A program made the position numbers and the translations under genes. Positions 48,874 to 58,367 of a DNA stretch of 64,000 nucleotides are shown in pieces (position 1 is the stretch's first letter; each line of letters opens with the position of its first letter). This DNA is from an uncultured Gemmatimonadales bacterium (GTDB taxonomy: Bacteria > Gemmatimonadota > Gemmatimonadetes > Gemmatimonadales > GWC2-71-9): assembly GCA_963798915.1 (NCBI GenBank), contig CAWCVB010000002.1, positions 96,001 to 160,000 of the forward strand. Direction: 5' to 3'. The notes under the pieces were generated by a model. The model was not told the DNA's origin and made no database searches. It saw only the letters and a program-made list of their open reading frames with translations.

Positions 48874-49511
48874 CGCGTCCGCGCATCCTGATCGCCGATG
48901 ATCATGCGCTGGTGGCTGCCGGTCTTCGCGCCATGCTGGAGCCGGCGCATGAGGTGGTGGAGGTCGTCTCCAATGGGCTGGATGTGATCGAAGCCGTCGA
49001 GCGGCATCAGCCCGACCTGGTGCTGCTGGACATTTCGCTCCCGGGCCGGAGCGGCATGGAGGTGGCTCGCGACCTCGCCGCGCATCCATCCGGCGTGCCG
49101 TTCGTCATGCTGACCATGCATGCGGATCCCATCTACGCCGATGAAGCCATTGCCTCGGGCGCCATCGGATTCGTGCTCAAGATGGCCGGGCCGGATGAAC
49201 TCCGATTCGCGATCGCGCAGGCGCTGCAGGGCCAGGTATACATCACGCCGCGACTGCCCGCGCGCAGCAGGCCGCTCACGGCGCCGAAGGGCCTGGAGGC
49301 GGAGAGCGCGCTGGCGGCACTCACCCGGCGCCAGCAGCAGATCCTCAAGCTGATCGCCAAGGGATGGAGCCTCAAGGACATCGCCGATGAGCTGGGGATC
49401 AACATCCGCAGTGTGGAGTTCCATCGGAACCGTATCCGCAAGACACTGGGGCTGACCAGCACGGCGGCCCTGGTCCGCTTTGCGCTGGTTCATGGGCTGG
49501 TGAAGCATTGA
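48870..49511 (+). CDS. NarL/LuxR-type response regulator
   Basis: ILIADDH, LLDISLP and LTMH motifs; HTH LTRRQQQILKLIAKG..KDIADELGI..RSVEFHR. Confidence 0.94.
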   Translation: MTRPRILIADDHALVAAGLRAMLEPAHEVVEVVSNGLDVIEAVERHQPDLVLLDISLPGRSGMEVARDLAAHPSGVPFVMLTMHADPIYADEAIASGAIGFVLKMAGPDELRFAIAQALQGQVYITPRLPARSRPLTAPKGLEAESALAALTRRQQQILKLIAKGWSLKDIADELGINIRSVEFHRNRIRKTLGLTSTAALVRFALVHGLVKH

Positions 49512-49651
49512 CAGGGCGAACTGCTTTGCGCACCTGATCGGTGCGGATGTCGGTCCCACACGCGCCTTTACGATCTACCTCGTGCAATGACCGACGCCGC
49601 CAGCGCGCCGATGCTGGGGCACGGGATGGCCTGAAGTCGTGAGGTGATACC

Positions 49652-50155
49652 ATGTCCAGATTCAGCATGCTGATCGTCAGCACGGTGCTTCTGATTCCGG
49701 GCGCTGCACTGGCCCAGGGCCGGCCACTGGCCCCGACGGGATTGTGGGGAAGTCTCGCGGTCGGCCCCTCCACGCCGTACGATTATGGAGCGACCCTGTC
49801 GCTGGCCTATCGCAGCGGCCACTACATCTTTCGGGGCAGGTTCTCCGCCGTTGGAGAACTCTTCGGGAACCAGAACGGCGAATACGGCCTGCTGGTCGGC
49901 CGCGTCGTGACGCCGATGCGCGGTTCGGTGCAGTTCAGTGTGGGGGCGGGACTGGGCCTGGTGACCGGGTGGCAGGGCGGAGGCGTGTTTGCCAGTGGCG
50001 AGCCGACCGACGACGTGATGGGCGTACTGCTGAACGGGGAAACGCGGATCCGGCTCACCAGCTTTCTCGGGCTTTCGGCCACGCTGTTTGGCGACCTCAA
50101 TGGGCGGGAGTCCTTCGGCGGTCTTGCCGCCGGGATCTACCTTGGGCAATTCTAG
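49652..50155 (+). CDS. Secreted, possibly outer-membrane beta-barrel-like hypothetical protein
   Basis: GAGGT RBS; signal peptide ending ALA; Gly/aromatic alternating strands; terminal Phe. Confidence 0.6.
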   Translation: MSRFSMLIVSTVLLIPGAALAQGRPLAPTGLWGSLAVGPSTPYDYGATLSLAYRSGHYIFRGRFSAVGELFGNQNGEYGLLVGRVVTPMRGSVQFSVGAGLGLVTGWQGGGVFASGEPTDDVMGVLLNGETRIRLTSFLGLSATLFGDLNGRESFGGLAAGIYLGQF

Positions 50156-50171
50156 CAGGGACTGGTGACGC

Positions 50172-51396
50172 ATTGACCTGACGTCGGGGGCGCCGTTCTG
50201 GCCGGTGCGCGACGGCCTCATGGCCACTTACCCGGCATTGACGTCGGACATCGAGTGCGACGTGCTGGTGGTGGGTGGCGGGGTCACCGGTGCGCTCTCG
50301 GCCTGGCAGCTGGTGCAGGCGGGACTCGACACGGTGCTCGTGGACGCCCGCGAAATCGGCTGGGGCAGCACCAGCGCCTCCACCGCGCTCCTGATGTACG
50401 ACCTGGACGTCCAGCTCGTGGACCTGACCCATCAGGTCGGCCGGGAGCGCGCCGAGGCGGTGTACCGTGCGGCGCGCGAGGCGGTGCACTCGCTGTGCGC
50501 CATGAGCGGTGCGCTGAGCGCTGAGCGTGTACCGTCCAGCGTCCGACGCGTCCCGACTCTCTACCTTGCCAGCCGCGCGAGCGACGCCGCAAGGCTGAGG
50601 CGCGAGCAGGCGGCGCGCGAGCAGGCGGGACTCGAGGTGGAATACTGGGACCGCGAGGAGATCGCGCGGCATTTTCCGTTCAGCCGAGCTGCCGCGCTGT
50701 GGCATGAGGACGCGGCGCAGGTGGATCCGCTGGCGTTCACGCATGCGTTGCTGGCCGATGGGGTGAGGCACGGGTTGAGAGTCTTTGATCGGACGGCGGT
50801 CAACGGTCGACGGTCGACGGTGGCGACGGACGACCGACGACCGACGACTGTCGACCTCAAGCGGAGCGTACATACGCGCCGATCGTCTCGTCTACGCCAC
50901 CGGCTACGAAACCGAGCAGCGGCTGCGGCAGCCGTCGGTGCATCTGCACGACACGTATGCCTTTGCCAGTGAACCGGTGGAAGACCTCGCCGACTGGCAC
51001 CGGCGGGCCCTCATATGGGAAACTGCCAGGCCCTATCTCTATCTCCGCACCACCCAGGACAACCGGGTGATGGTCGGCGGCGGCGATGACCGCCACACCA
51101 CACCCGAGCGCCGGGACCGGGCGCTGCCGGAGAAGCTGGAGCAGCTGCTGCGCCGGGCTCGGCGCATGTTTCCCGGCCTGGACCTCACGCCAGCCTTTGC
51201 CTGGGCCGGGACCTTTGCCGAAACCGACGACGGCATGCCGTATATCGGATGCCATCCCCGATATCCCGGCGCCATCTTCGCGGCCTGCTACGGCGGGAAC
51301 GGGACCGTGTTCGCGATGATGGCCTCGGAGATTGTGCGCGATTGGTGCTTGGGACGGAAGAACGAGATGGCGGAGTGGTTCGGGTTCGGGAGATAG
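50172..51396 (+). pseudogene. FAD-dependent oxidoreductase (DAO/glycine oxidase-like), frameshifted at a heptamer tract
   Basis: DVLVVGGGVTG and GSTSASTALL in the first frame; VYATGYE, WAGTFAETDDGMPYIG and YGGNG in the +1 frame. Confidence 0.8.
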
Positions 51397-51478
51397 GAGG
51401 AAAGCGCGAAGCGCCGCAGGGGCGGGTCTCTGGGCCGCCCCTCTCTCTCCCGTGCAGGCGGGGCTCGGCAACAGGGAA

Positions 51479-51584
51479 CACGAAAACACGAAAACACGAA
51501 AGCACGGAAGAGAAGCACGAAAGCACGAAAGCACGAAAGCACGGAAGCACGGAAGCACGAAAACACGGAAGCACGGAAGCACGA
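51479..51584. repeat. Octamer tandem repeat (CACGAAAG/CACGGAAG)n
   Basis: About a dozen degenerate copies. Confidence 0.9.
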
Positions 51585-51639
51585 AGTGGTCGATGATGGA
51601 GCGTCGACCGTTGACTATCGACGATATTCGGGAGGCGTC

Positions 51640-52092
51640 ATGATGCGCATTTGTTCTGGTGTCCTGGTTCTGATGTGTACGCTCACGCCAGCCCTCCACG
51701 CCCAGCAGGGTCCGCCGCCATCGGTCATGATTGCGCACACGACGCCCAAGGCCATTGGCGCGGCGATGCTGGAGGTGCTGCAACCCCAGAAATTCAAGGT
51801 CGCCAAGGCGAGCAAGGGTCGCATTGTCCTGTCGCAGAACCGCGGGAACGTGGCGCAGGCCACCGGCGAGGTGATGCGGGTGCGGCTCGAGATGGTGTTT
51901 GCCGTGGAGCAGGTGGGCGACAGTCTCAAGATCACTGCCACCAGTGAAACCTACTACGCTGACCGGGGCCCGATGGGGGAGCAGGCCCGGTCGGTGGACG
52001 TGAACAAGGAGCGGCAGAACTTCGAGTTGCTGCTGAATGCGACGAAGGAGAGGATCGAACACTCCTCGCCGGCCGATTCCGCCGGGACGTAA
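51640..52092 (+). CDS. Secreted hypothetical protein
   Basis: GGAGG RBS; signal peptide ending LHA. Confidence 0.65.
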   Translation: MMRICSGVLVLMCTLTPALHAQQGPPPSVMIAHTTPKAIGAAMLEVLQPQKFKVAKASKGRIVLSQNRGNVAQATGEVMRVRLEMVFAVEQVGDSLKITATSETYYADRGPMGEQARSVDVNKERQNFELLLNATKERIEHSSPADSAGT

Positions 52093-52172
52093 GCGTAGCC
52101 CGGCAAGGCGACAGCGGCACAGGAATCTCGTTGGTGGGCAGGCCAACCTTCTGTCTCGTCAGGGGAAATCAC

Positions 52173-52613
52173 ATGCGTGCATTGGTCGCCGGACTTCTGG
52201 TAATCGGATTGGCCGGCCTGGCCGGCTGTGGCGGAGACAGCACCGGACCATCCAGCACGTCGATCGCCGGCACCTGGACCATGTCCATCAGCAACCTCTC
52301 GGCCAATGGTGTGACCTGCAACGCGAGCGGCATCACCATGACCCTGACCGCGAACGGTTCCGTCTTCACCGGCAACTACGGCGGCGTGCTGTCGTGCGGC
52401 CCGACCGGCGGGGTGCCCGACTCGGCGCCAGTGAGCGGCACGATCATCAATGGGGTCCGGAACGGCACCCAGGTGTCGTTCGACCTGGACACGTCGGACG
52501 CGCATCATACCGGGACCATCAGTGGCAACTCCATGAGCGGCACCGCGAGCTACCGGTTCAACTTTGGCAGCGGGCCGGTGGTGCTCAGCGGCTCGTGGGC
52601 CGCGGCCCGGTGA
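52173..52613 (+). CDS. Hypothetical lipoprotein
   Basis: Lipobox LAGC followed by GGDSTGP; beta-rich. Confidence 0.7.
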   Translation: MRALVAGLLVIGLAGLAGCGGDSTGPSSTSIAGTWTMSISNLSANGVTCNASGITMTLTANGSVFTGNYGGVLSCGPTGGVPDSAPVSGTIINGVRNGTQVSFDLDTSDAHHTGTISGNSMSGTASYRFNFGSGPVVLSGSWAAAR

Positions 52614-52635
52614 CCCCTCACTCAGGAGCATCATC

Positions 52636-53508
52636 GTGTTCTTCATTCTCTTTCTGCTGATCGCAGCTGGAGCGCTCATTGCGCGGCATATACTCAAGCC
52701 GGCCGACGAACCAGGCGCGAGAGCAAGCCTGCTCCTGATCGTGGGTGTCGCAGCGGGACTGCTGGCACTCGTCAACTGCTTTACCGTCATCCCGGCAGGT
52801 CACGTGGGCGTGGTGGATCTGTTCGGCACCGTGTCCGGGACGACCCTCAAGTCGGGGATCAATCTGGTCAACCCGTTGGCCAGAGTGGTCAAGATGTCGG
52901 TCAAGACCCAGGAAATGAAGGAAGTGATGGAGGTGCCGTCAAAGGAAGGCCTGACCGTCCAGCTGGAAATCAGCGTGTTGTACCACCTCAATCCGGAGAA
53001 GGCCGCAGATGTCTACCGGACGGTGGGGCAGAGTTATGAGTCGGTTCTGCTCGAGCCGCAGTTCCGCTCAGTCACCCGCGGCGTCACGGCCAGCTTCGAG
53101 GCCAAGGCCCTGTACACCTCTGAGCGCGAGCACCTCTCGAAGTTGATTGCCAACGAGATCGTGGCGGCGACCGCCCCACGCGGCATTACGGTCGAGGGCG
53201 CTCCGCTCCGCAAGGTGACGTTGCCGCCGGGCCTCTCCACCTCGATCGAGCAGAAGCTGCAGGCGGAGCAGGAGAGCCAGCGCATGCAATTCGTCCTGAC
53301 CAAGGAGAAGCAGGAAGCCGACCGGAAACGGATCGAGGCCGAGGGCATCTCGGATTTCCAGAAGATCGTGCAGCAGGGTATCTCCCAGCAGCTGCTGCAG
53401 TGGAAAGGCATCGAGGCCACTGAGAAGATCGCCTCATCGCCGAATACCAAGGTGATCATCGTGGGTGCGGGGCGGGATGGCCTGCCAGTAATTCTGGATA
53501 CGAAGTGA
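52636..53508 (+). CDS. SPFH/prohibitin family protein
   Basis: IPAGHVGVV..FG, PSKEGL, SIEQKLQAEQE and EAEG motifs. Confidence 0.9.
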   Translation: MFFILFLLIAAGALIARHILKPADEPGARASLLLIVGVAAGLLALVNCFTVIPAGHVGVVDLFGTVSGTTLKSGINLVNPLARVVKMSVKTQEMKEVMEVPSKEGLTVQLEISVLYHLNPEKAADVYRTVGQSYESVLLEPQFRSVTRGVTASFEAKALYTSEREHLSKLIANEIVAATAPRGITVEGAPLRKVTLPPGLSTSIEQKLQAEQESQRMQFVLTKEKQEADRKRIEAEGISDFQKIVQQGISQQLLQWKGIEATEKIASSPNTKVIIVGAGRDGLPVILDTK

Positions 53509-53587
53509 GTTGCCCCAGCGCGGGGCTCGGCAACAGCGCGCACGAAGGCACGAAAGCACGAAAGCACTGCATGATTGCGAGGCGTCC

Positions 53588-54085
53588 ATGAGTTACGACA
53601 TGGAGTTCCATGGGAAGTTTGCTATTCAACCGCCGCTCCGCCCCGAGCATGTGGCGTATCTTGGGGCCTTCAATCGGACTCGGCGCGTCAAGCGTGATCC
53701 CGAGCTCACCGCGCTCCGGGGCGATCCCATTCGAACGGCGGCCGGCCTGTCCATCGGTGAGGAAGGTGGATACTTCGTGGGCGAAACCGGAGCTTTCGGC
53801 GAGGACCGTGGCGCTGACGTGCTGGATGCAAATCGGCCGCCGGTCGGCCAGCCGGAACTCTGGTGCCATTGGGCTCCGACACCGGACGGATCAGCGATTG
53901 TCTGGGACGGACAGGAGAAGTTTTACGAGTACGAGCGATGGATCGCCTACTTGATAGGCCACTTTCTGGCGCCATGGGGATATCTGATCAACGGTAAGGT
54001 CGAGTGTCTCGGTGAAGATTGGTGCGAGCCGAGCGCACTCAGGGTCGAGGACAATCACGTGTTCTTTTGGGGAGCGGAGGTCTGA
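53588..54085 (+). CDS. Hypothetical protein (Trp-rich C-terminal half)
   Basis: GAGG RBS; QPELWCHWAPT..G..IVWDGQEKFYEY..WI.YLI.HFL.PWGY..NG.V motif. Confidence 0.7.
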   Translation: MSYDMEFHGKFAIQPPLRPEHVAYLGAFNRTRRVKRDPELTALRGDPIRTAAGLSIGEEGGYFVGETGAFGEDRGADVLDANRPPVGQPELWCHWAPTPDGSAIVWDGQEKFYEYERWIAYLIGHFLAPWGYLINGKVECLGEDWCEPSALRVEDNHVFFWGAEV

Positions 54086-54152
54086 TGGCGTCCTGGTCGC
54101 GACTCGAAGACGAAGCGATCGATTCAGGATATGTTGCAATGAGGCAGTTGGC

Positions 54153-56150
54153 ATGACGCCTTCTGATCGAGAATTGCTTTCACGGGCATGGTACCATGCG
54201 GAGATAGCTCATTTCCTACGTGAAGATGCCAGCACTATTCTCGGGCACCTCGCCCGGCGGAGTGAGTTCGCAATCGAGCGGGAGCAAGGCGAGGCATGGT
54301 TCGAGGAAGTCGAACTGTTGAAGGCGGCGCTTCGCGAAATCGACGGTTATTTGCTGCTTGAATTTACAATTCCTCGGATGGGACGCCGCGTTGACGCTGT
54401 GGTGCTCAGCGGGTCAGCTATTCTCGTAATCGAATTCAAGATCGGTGCGACGGTATTTGAGAGGGCCGCGGTCGAACAGGTTTGGGACTATGCTCTTGAT
54501 CTGAAGTATTTTCATCGGGCCAGTCATGAGCGCCCCATCGTGCCGATCCTCGTTGCATCCCGGGCCCAGGCCAGTGAGGCTCCCCAGCTGATTGCCGATT
54601 CGGATCTTGTCTTCCGGCCTCTACTGCTTGCTGCGGCAGATCTATCCGTGGGTGTGATATCAGCCATAGGCGCCATTACGGGGACTCCGATTGATGCCCC
54701 AGCGTGGTTGGCGTCACCATACTTGCCGACGCCAACCATCGTGGAGGCGGCGCGAGCGCTATATGCACGGCATTCTGTTGAGGAAATAACCCGCTCGGAC
54801 GCTGGCGCGAAGAACCTGCTGGTCACAAGTCATCGAGTCGAAGAATTGCTCGACGCGGCACGCGCTTCTAACGAGAAGGTGATCTGCTTCGTCACCGGAG
54901 TTCCGGGCGCAGGAAAGACGCTTGTAGGGTTGAACGTGGCCACGCGCCGTGGAAAGCAAGATTTGCCGACCCATGCTGTCTTCCTGTCCGGCAATGGACC
55001 GTTGGTGGCAGTGCTGCGCGAAGCGCTGACGCGCGATGAGCTGGTCAGGAGGCGTCGGACTGGCGAAAAGACCAAGAAAGGGAAGGTCAAGAAGAGCGTG
55101 GAGGCATTCATTCAGAATGTCCATCACTTTCGGGATGATGCTCTCGCTGACGCGGCGCCTCCACCGGAGCATGTCGCCATCTTCGACGAGGCACAGCGCG
55201 CTTGGAATCTGAACCAGACCGCCAACTTCATGAGACGACGAAAGCACCAGCCACATTTTGACAGATCAGAGCCGGAGTTCCTGCTCGAGTATATGGACAG
55301 GCACCTCGATTGGGCTGTGGTAGTGTGCCTCGTTGGCGGCGGCCAGGAAATCAATACAGGTGAGGCGGGTATCGGCGAGTGGATACAGGCGGTGGAGCGA
55401 CGGTGTCCACACTGGAAGATGTACATCTCGCCACGCCTGAGTGACTCTGAGTATCAGGCAGCAGGGTCTCTGACCGAAAGTCGGTCATCGATCGTGCCAC
55501 AATTGGATCAGCGGCTACACCTATCGGTCTCGATGCGGTCATTCCGGGCCGAGCGCCTGTCTGATTTCGTCAAGGCAGTGCTGGATTGCGAGACTGGTAG
55601 GGCGCGCACGCTTCTCGAAAACCTGGCCGGCCGTTACCCGATCGTGCTCACCAGAAATCTTGATACGGCTCGGCGGTGGCTCCGGGCTCGAGCAAGAGGC
55701 TCCGAGCGCTTTGGTATTGTGGCCTCCTCCAAGGCGATGCGGCTCAAGCCCCACGCGATCGATATTCGTGTAGCTATCGACCCGGTCCATTGGTTCTTGG
55801 ACGACCAGCACGACACGAGATCGAGCTACTACCTCGAGGATGCTGCTACTGAGTTCCAGGTCCAAGGGCTCGAATTGGATTGGAGCTGCGTTACATGGGA
55901 CGGCGACCTGCGGTACGGTGGCTCGGGATGGGCATTCCACGACTTCCGTGGTAGTCGATGGCAACGAATTGTGAAAGCGGAAAACCGAGCCTATCTGCGA
56001 AATGCTTATCGGGTATTGCTAACCCGCGCCCGCCAGGGAATGGTGATGTTTGTTCCCGAAGGGGTCCAGGAAGACCCGACTCGACGGCCAGAATTCTACG
56101 ATCACACCTACTCCTATCTTCGTGACCTCGGTATCGCCAGCATCGACTAG
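54153..56150 (+). CDS. DUF2075 (Schlafen group 3-like) helicase with N-terminal nuclease-like domain
   Basis: Walker A GVPGAGKT, FDEAQR, GGGQEI, QVQGLELD and YRVLLTRARQG motifs; N-terminal E...RVD...IEFK. Confidence 0.85.
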   Translation: MTPSDRELLSRAWYHAEIAHFLREDASTILGHLARRSEFAIEREQGEAWFEEVELLKAALREIDGYLLLEFTIPRMGRRVDAVVLSGSAILVIEFKIGATVFERAAVEQVWDYALDLKYFHRASHERPIVPILVASRAQASEAPQLIADSDLVFRPLLLAAADLSVGVISAIGAITGTPIDAPAWLASPYLPTPTIVEAARALYARHSVEEITRSDAGAKNLLVTSHRVEELLDAARASNEKVICFVTGVPGAGKTLVGLNVATRRGKQDLPTHAVFLSGNGPLVAVLREALTRDELVRRRRTGEKTKKGKVKKSVEAFIQNVHHFRDDALADAAPPPEHVAIFDEAQRAWNLNQTANFMRRRKHQPHFDRSEPEFLLEYMDRHLDWAVVVCLVGGGQEINTGEAGIGEWIQAVERRCPHWKMYISPRLSDSEYQAAGSLTESRSSIVPQLDQRLHLSVSMRSFRAERLSDFVKAVLDCETGRARTLLENLAGRYPIVLTRNLDTARRWLRARARGSERFGIVASSKAMRLKPHAIDIRVAIDPVHWFLDDQHDTRSSYYLEDAATEFQVQGLELDWSCVTWDGDLRYGGSGWAFHDFRGSRWQRIVKAENRAYLRNAYRVLLTRARQGMVMFVPEGVQEDPTRRPEFYDHTYSYLRDLGIASID

Positions 56151-56715
56151 GGCCCGGCTGGTCGCTCCTGCGAAGCGACGACCCGGACGCCCAAGCCGGT
56201 ATGCTAGAGGCATTAACTGTCAGTCGGATTCACGAGCATTGCCGCTCTACTCGCTACGACTCCACCCGCAGTCATCGATGCCCTCTTCTGAACCTCGTTT
56301 CTACTGTGCTTGCCAAACTCCATCAACGATGCTTCCGGCCGGCGGTCAATTTCCTGGGGGAATCCATTGTTGTTTTGTCTGTTGGCTTGCCCTCCCGTCA
56401 CATCGAATTCCGGCGCGCGGGCTAGTGGGGATTGCGGGGTGGTCCATCGTGGAGGTCGCGAGCAGCGCATACTCCGCCGCCGGACCGCGTTTACCACATG
56501 TGGTTTGGCCTGCCGGATCAGGCGCTACTCGAGTCGCGGGGTGAGTTTGGTCTGTATGGCTGGATCCTGATATACAATGTGAGCATGCGATGCACGTCAA
56601 GCGGAGTGCTCGGGCAGCAGGCGCCTGATCGCGCGCCGCGCGTTTCACCCGCATGTCCGCTGACGGACGACTGGCCTATTTTCATTTGACCATCAACCCC
56701 TAACCCCTGATCCCC

Positions 56716-58176
56716 ATGACCGACGACCTCTCGCCCACCCTCGATCCCTCCTCCTGGCCCGCCCTCCGTGCCCTCGGCCACCGCATGGTGGACGAGATGA
56801 TGGAGTATCTCGAAACCCTGCGCGAGCGGCCGGCCTGGCAACCGATGCCGGACCGGGTGCGCGCAAGCTTCGGCGGCCCAGCGCCCCGCGAGCCCGAGGG
56901 CGCCGAGCAGGCGTATGCCGATTTCGTCCGGAATGTGCTGCCCTATCCCACCGGCAATATCCATCCGCGCTTCTGGGGCTGGGTGATGGGCAACGGCACA
57001 CCGCTCGGCGCCCTGACCGAAATGCTGGCGGCCACCATGAATCCCAACGTGGGCGGCGCCGACCATGCCGCCAATCTGGTCGAGGCGCAGGTGATCGAGT
57101 GGTGCAAGGAGATGACCGGCTTCGATGCCAAGGCCTCCGGAATTCTGGTTTCCGGCGGTTCGATGGCGAATCTCGTGGCACTCACGGTGGCGCGGAATGC
57201 CAAGGCCGGATTTGATATCCGGCGGCTCGGCGTCTCGGCGGCGCGACGGCCGCTCGTCGCTTGGTACGCCTCGACCGAGACGCACAGCTCGGTGCAGAAG
57301 GCCGTGGAACTCATGGGACTGGGTGATGAGTCGTTCCGCCGCATGCCTGTGAATGACCAGTATGAGATTGACGTCGCTGCGCTCGCAGCGGCGATCGCTG
57401 CCGACCGTGCCGCCGGCTGCCAGCCGTTCTGCGTGGTCGGGAACGCCGGCACCGTGAACACCGGTGCCATTGATGACCTCGAGGCGCTGGCAGCGCTCTG
57501 CAAGCGCGAACAGCTGTGGTTCCACGTGGATGGCGCCTTCGGCGCGCTTGGCGCGCTGGTACCGGAATACCACGAGCGGCTTCGCGGGATGGACCAGGCC
57601 GATTCGCTGGCATTCGATCTGCACAAGTGGATGTACATGCCGTACGAAGTGGGCTGCGTTCTGGTGCGACATCCCGATGCACACCGCGATACGTTCTCGC
57701 TCACACCCGGCTATCTCACCCATGCCACCCGCGGTACCGCGGCGGGCGACGTCTGGTTTTCTGAGCTTGGTCCCCAGCTGAGCCGGGGGTTCCGGGCACT
57801 CAAGGTGTGGATGAACATCAAGGCCTATGGGCTCGATACCTTCGCGACGCTGATCCGAGAGAATATCGAACAGGCGCGCTACCTCGGCTCGTTGGTGGAC
57901 GCGCATCCCGAGCTGGAACTCCTCGCGCCCGTGCCGCTCAACATTGTCTGCCTTCGGTATGTGGTACCGGGCTGGAGCGACGAACAGCTCAATGCGCTCA
58001 ATGCCGAGCTGCTGATTCGACTGCAGGAAAGCGGCGTCGCCGTCCCGTCTAATGGCATGCTGAATGGCCGCTATGCCATCCGAGTGGCCAACACCAACTA
58101 CCGCAGCCGGCGTGAGGACTTTGACCTCCTGGCGGCGGAAACGGTGCGGATTGGCAGGGAACTGGCGGGCGGGTAA
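56716..58176 (+). CDS. Group II PLP-dependent amino acid decarboxylase
   Basis: HPRFWGW, SGGSMAN, HSSVQKA, GTVNTGAID, HVDGAFG and DLHKW motifs. Confidence 0.92.
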   Translation: MTDDLSPTLDPSSWPALRALGHRMVDEMMEYLETLRERPAWQPMPDRVRASFGGPAPREPEGAEQAYADFVRNVLPYPTGNIHPRFWGWVMGNGTPLGALTEMLAATMNPNVGGADHAANLVEAQVIEWCKEMTGFDAKASGILVSGGSMANLVALTVARNAKAGFDIRRLGVSAARRPLVAWYASTETHSSVQKAVELMGLGDESFRRMPVNDQYEIDVAALAAAIAADRAAGCQPFCVVGNAGTVNTGAIDDLEALAALCKREQLWFHVDGAFGALGALVPEYHERLRGMDQADSLAFDLHKWMYMPYEVGCVLVRHPDAHRDTFSLTPGYLTHATRGTAAGDVWFSELGPQLSRGFRALKVWMNIKAYGLDTFATLIRENIEQARYLGSLVDAHPELELLAPVPLNIVCLRYVVPGWSDEQLNALNAELLIRLQESGVAVPSNGMLNGRYAIRVANTNYRSRREDFDLLAAETVRIGRELAGG

Positions 58177-58254
58177 GCGGTCGCGGGTCATCGGTCGTCA
58201 ACGATTAAGCGTGTCATCTTGCTCGGGATGAGGAATCGGCGAGCTTTTGTCCAG

Positions 58255-58331
58255 CCGTCTCGCCGTCTCGCCGTCTCGCCGTCTCGCCGTCTCCCGTCTT
58301 CGCCGCTCTTCCCGTCTTCCCGTCTTCCCGT
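58255..58331. repeat. Octamer repeats (CCGTCTCG)n and (CCGTCTTC)n
   Basis: Directly visible. Confidence 0.85.
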
Positions 58332-58367
58332 CATATTCCATGCTTCACCCCGACAACCCGGACAACC

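Noticed and set aside
49652..56150. Integron cassette array
   Set aside because: The genes are co-oriented and small, but I found no consistent attC (RYYYAAC...GTTRRRY) structures and no integron integrase.
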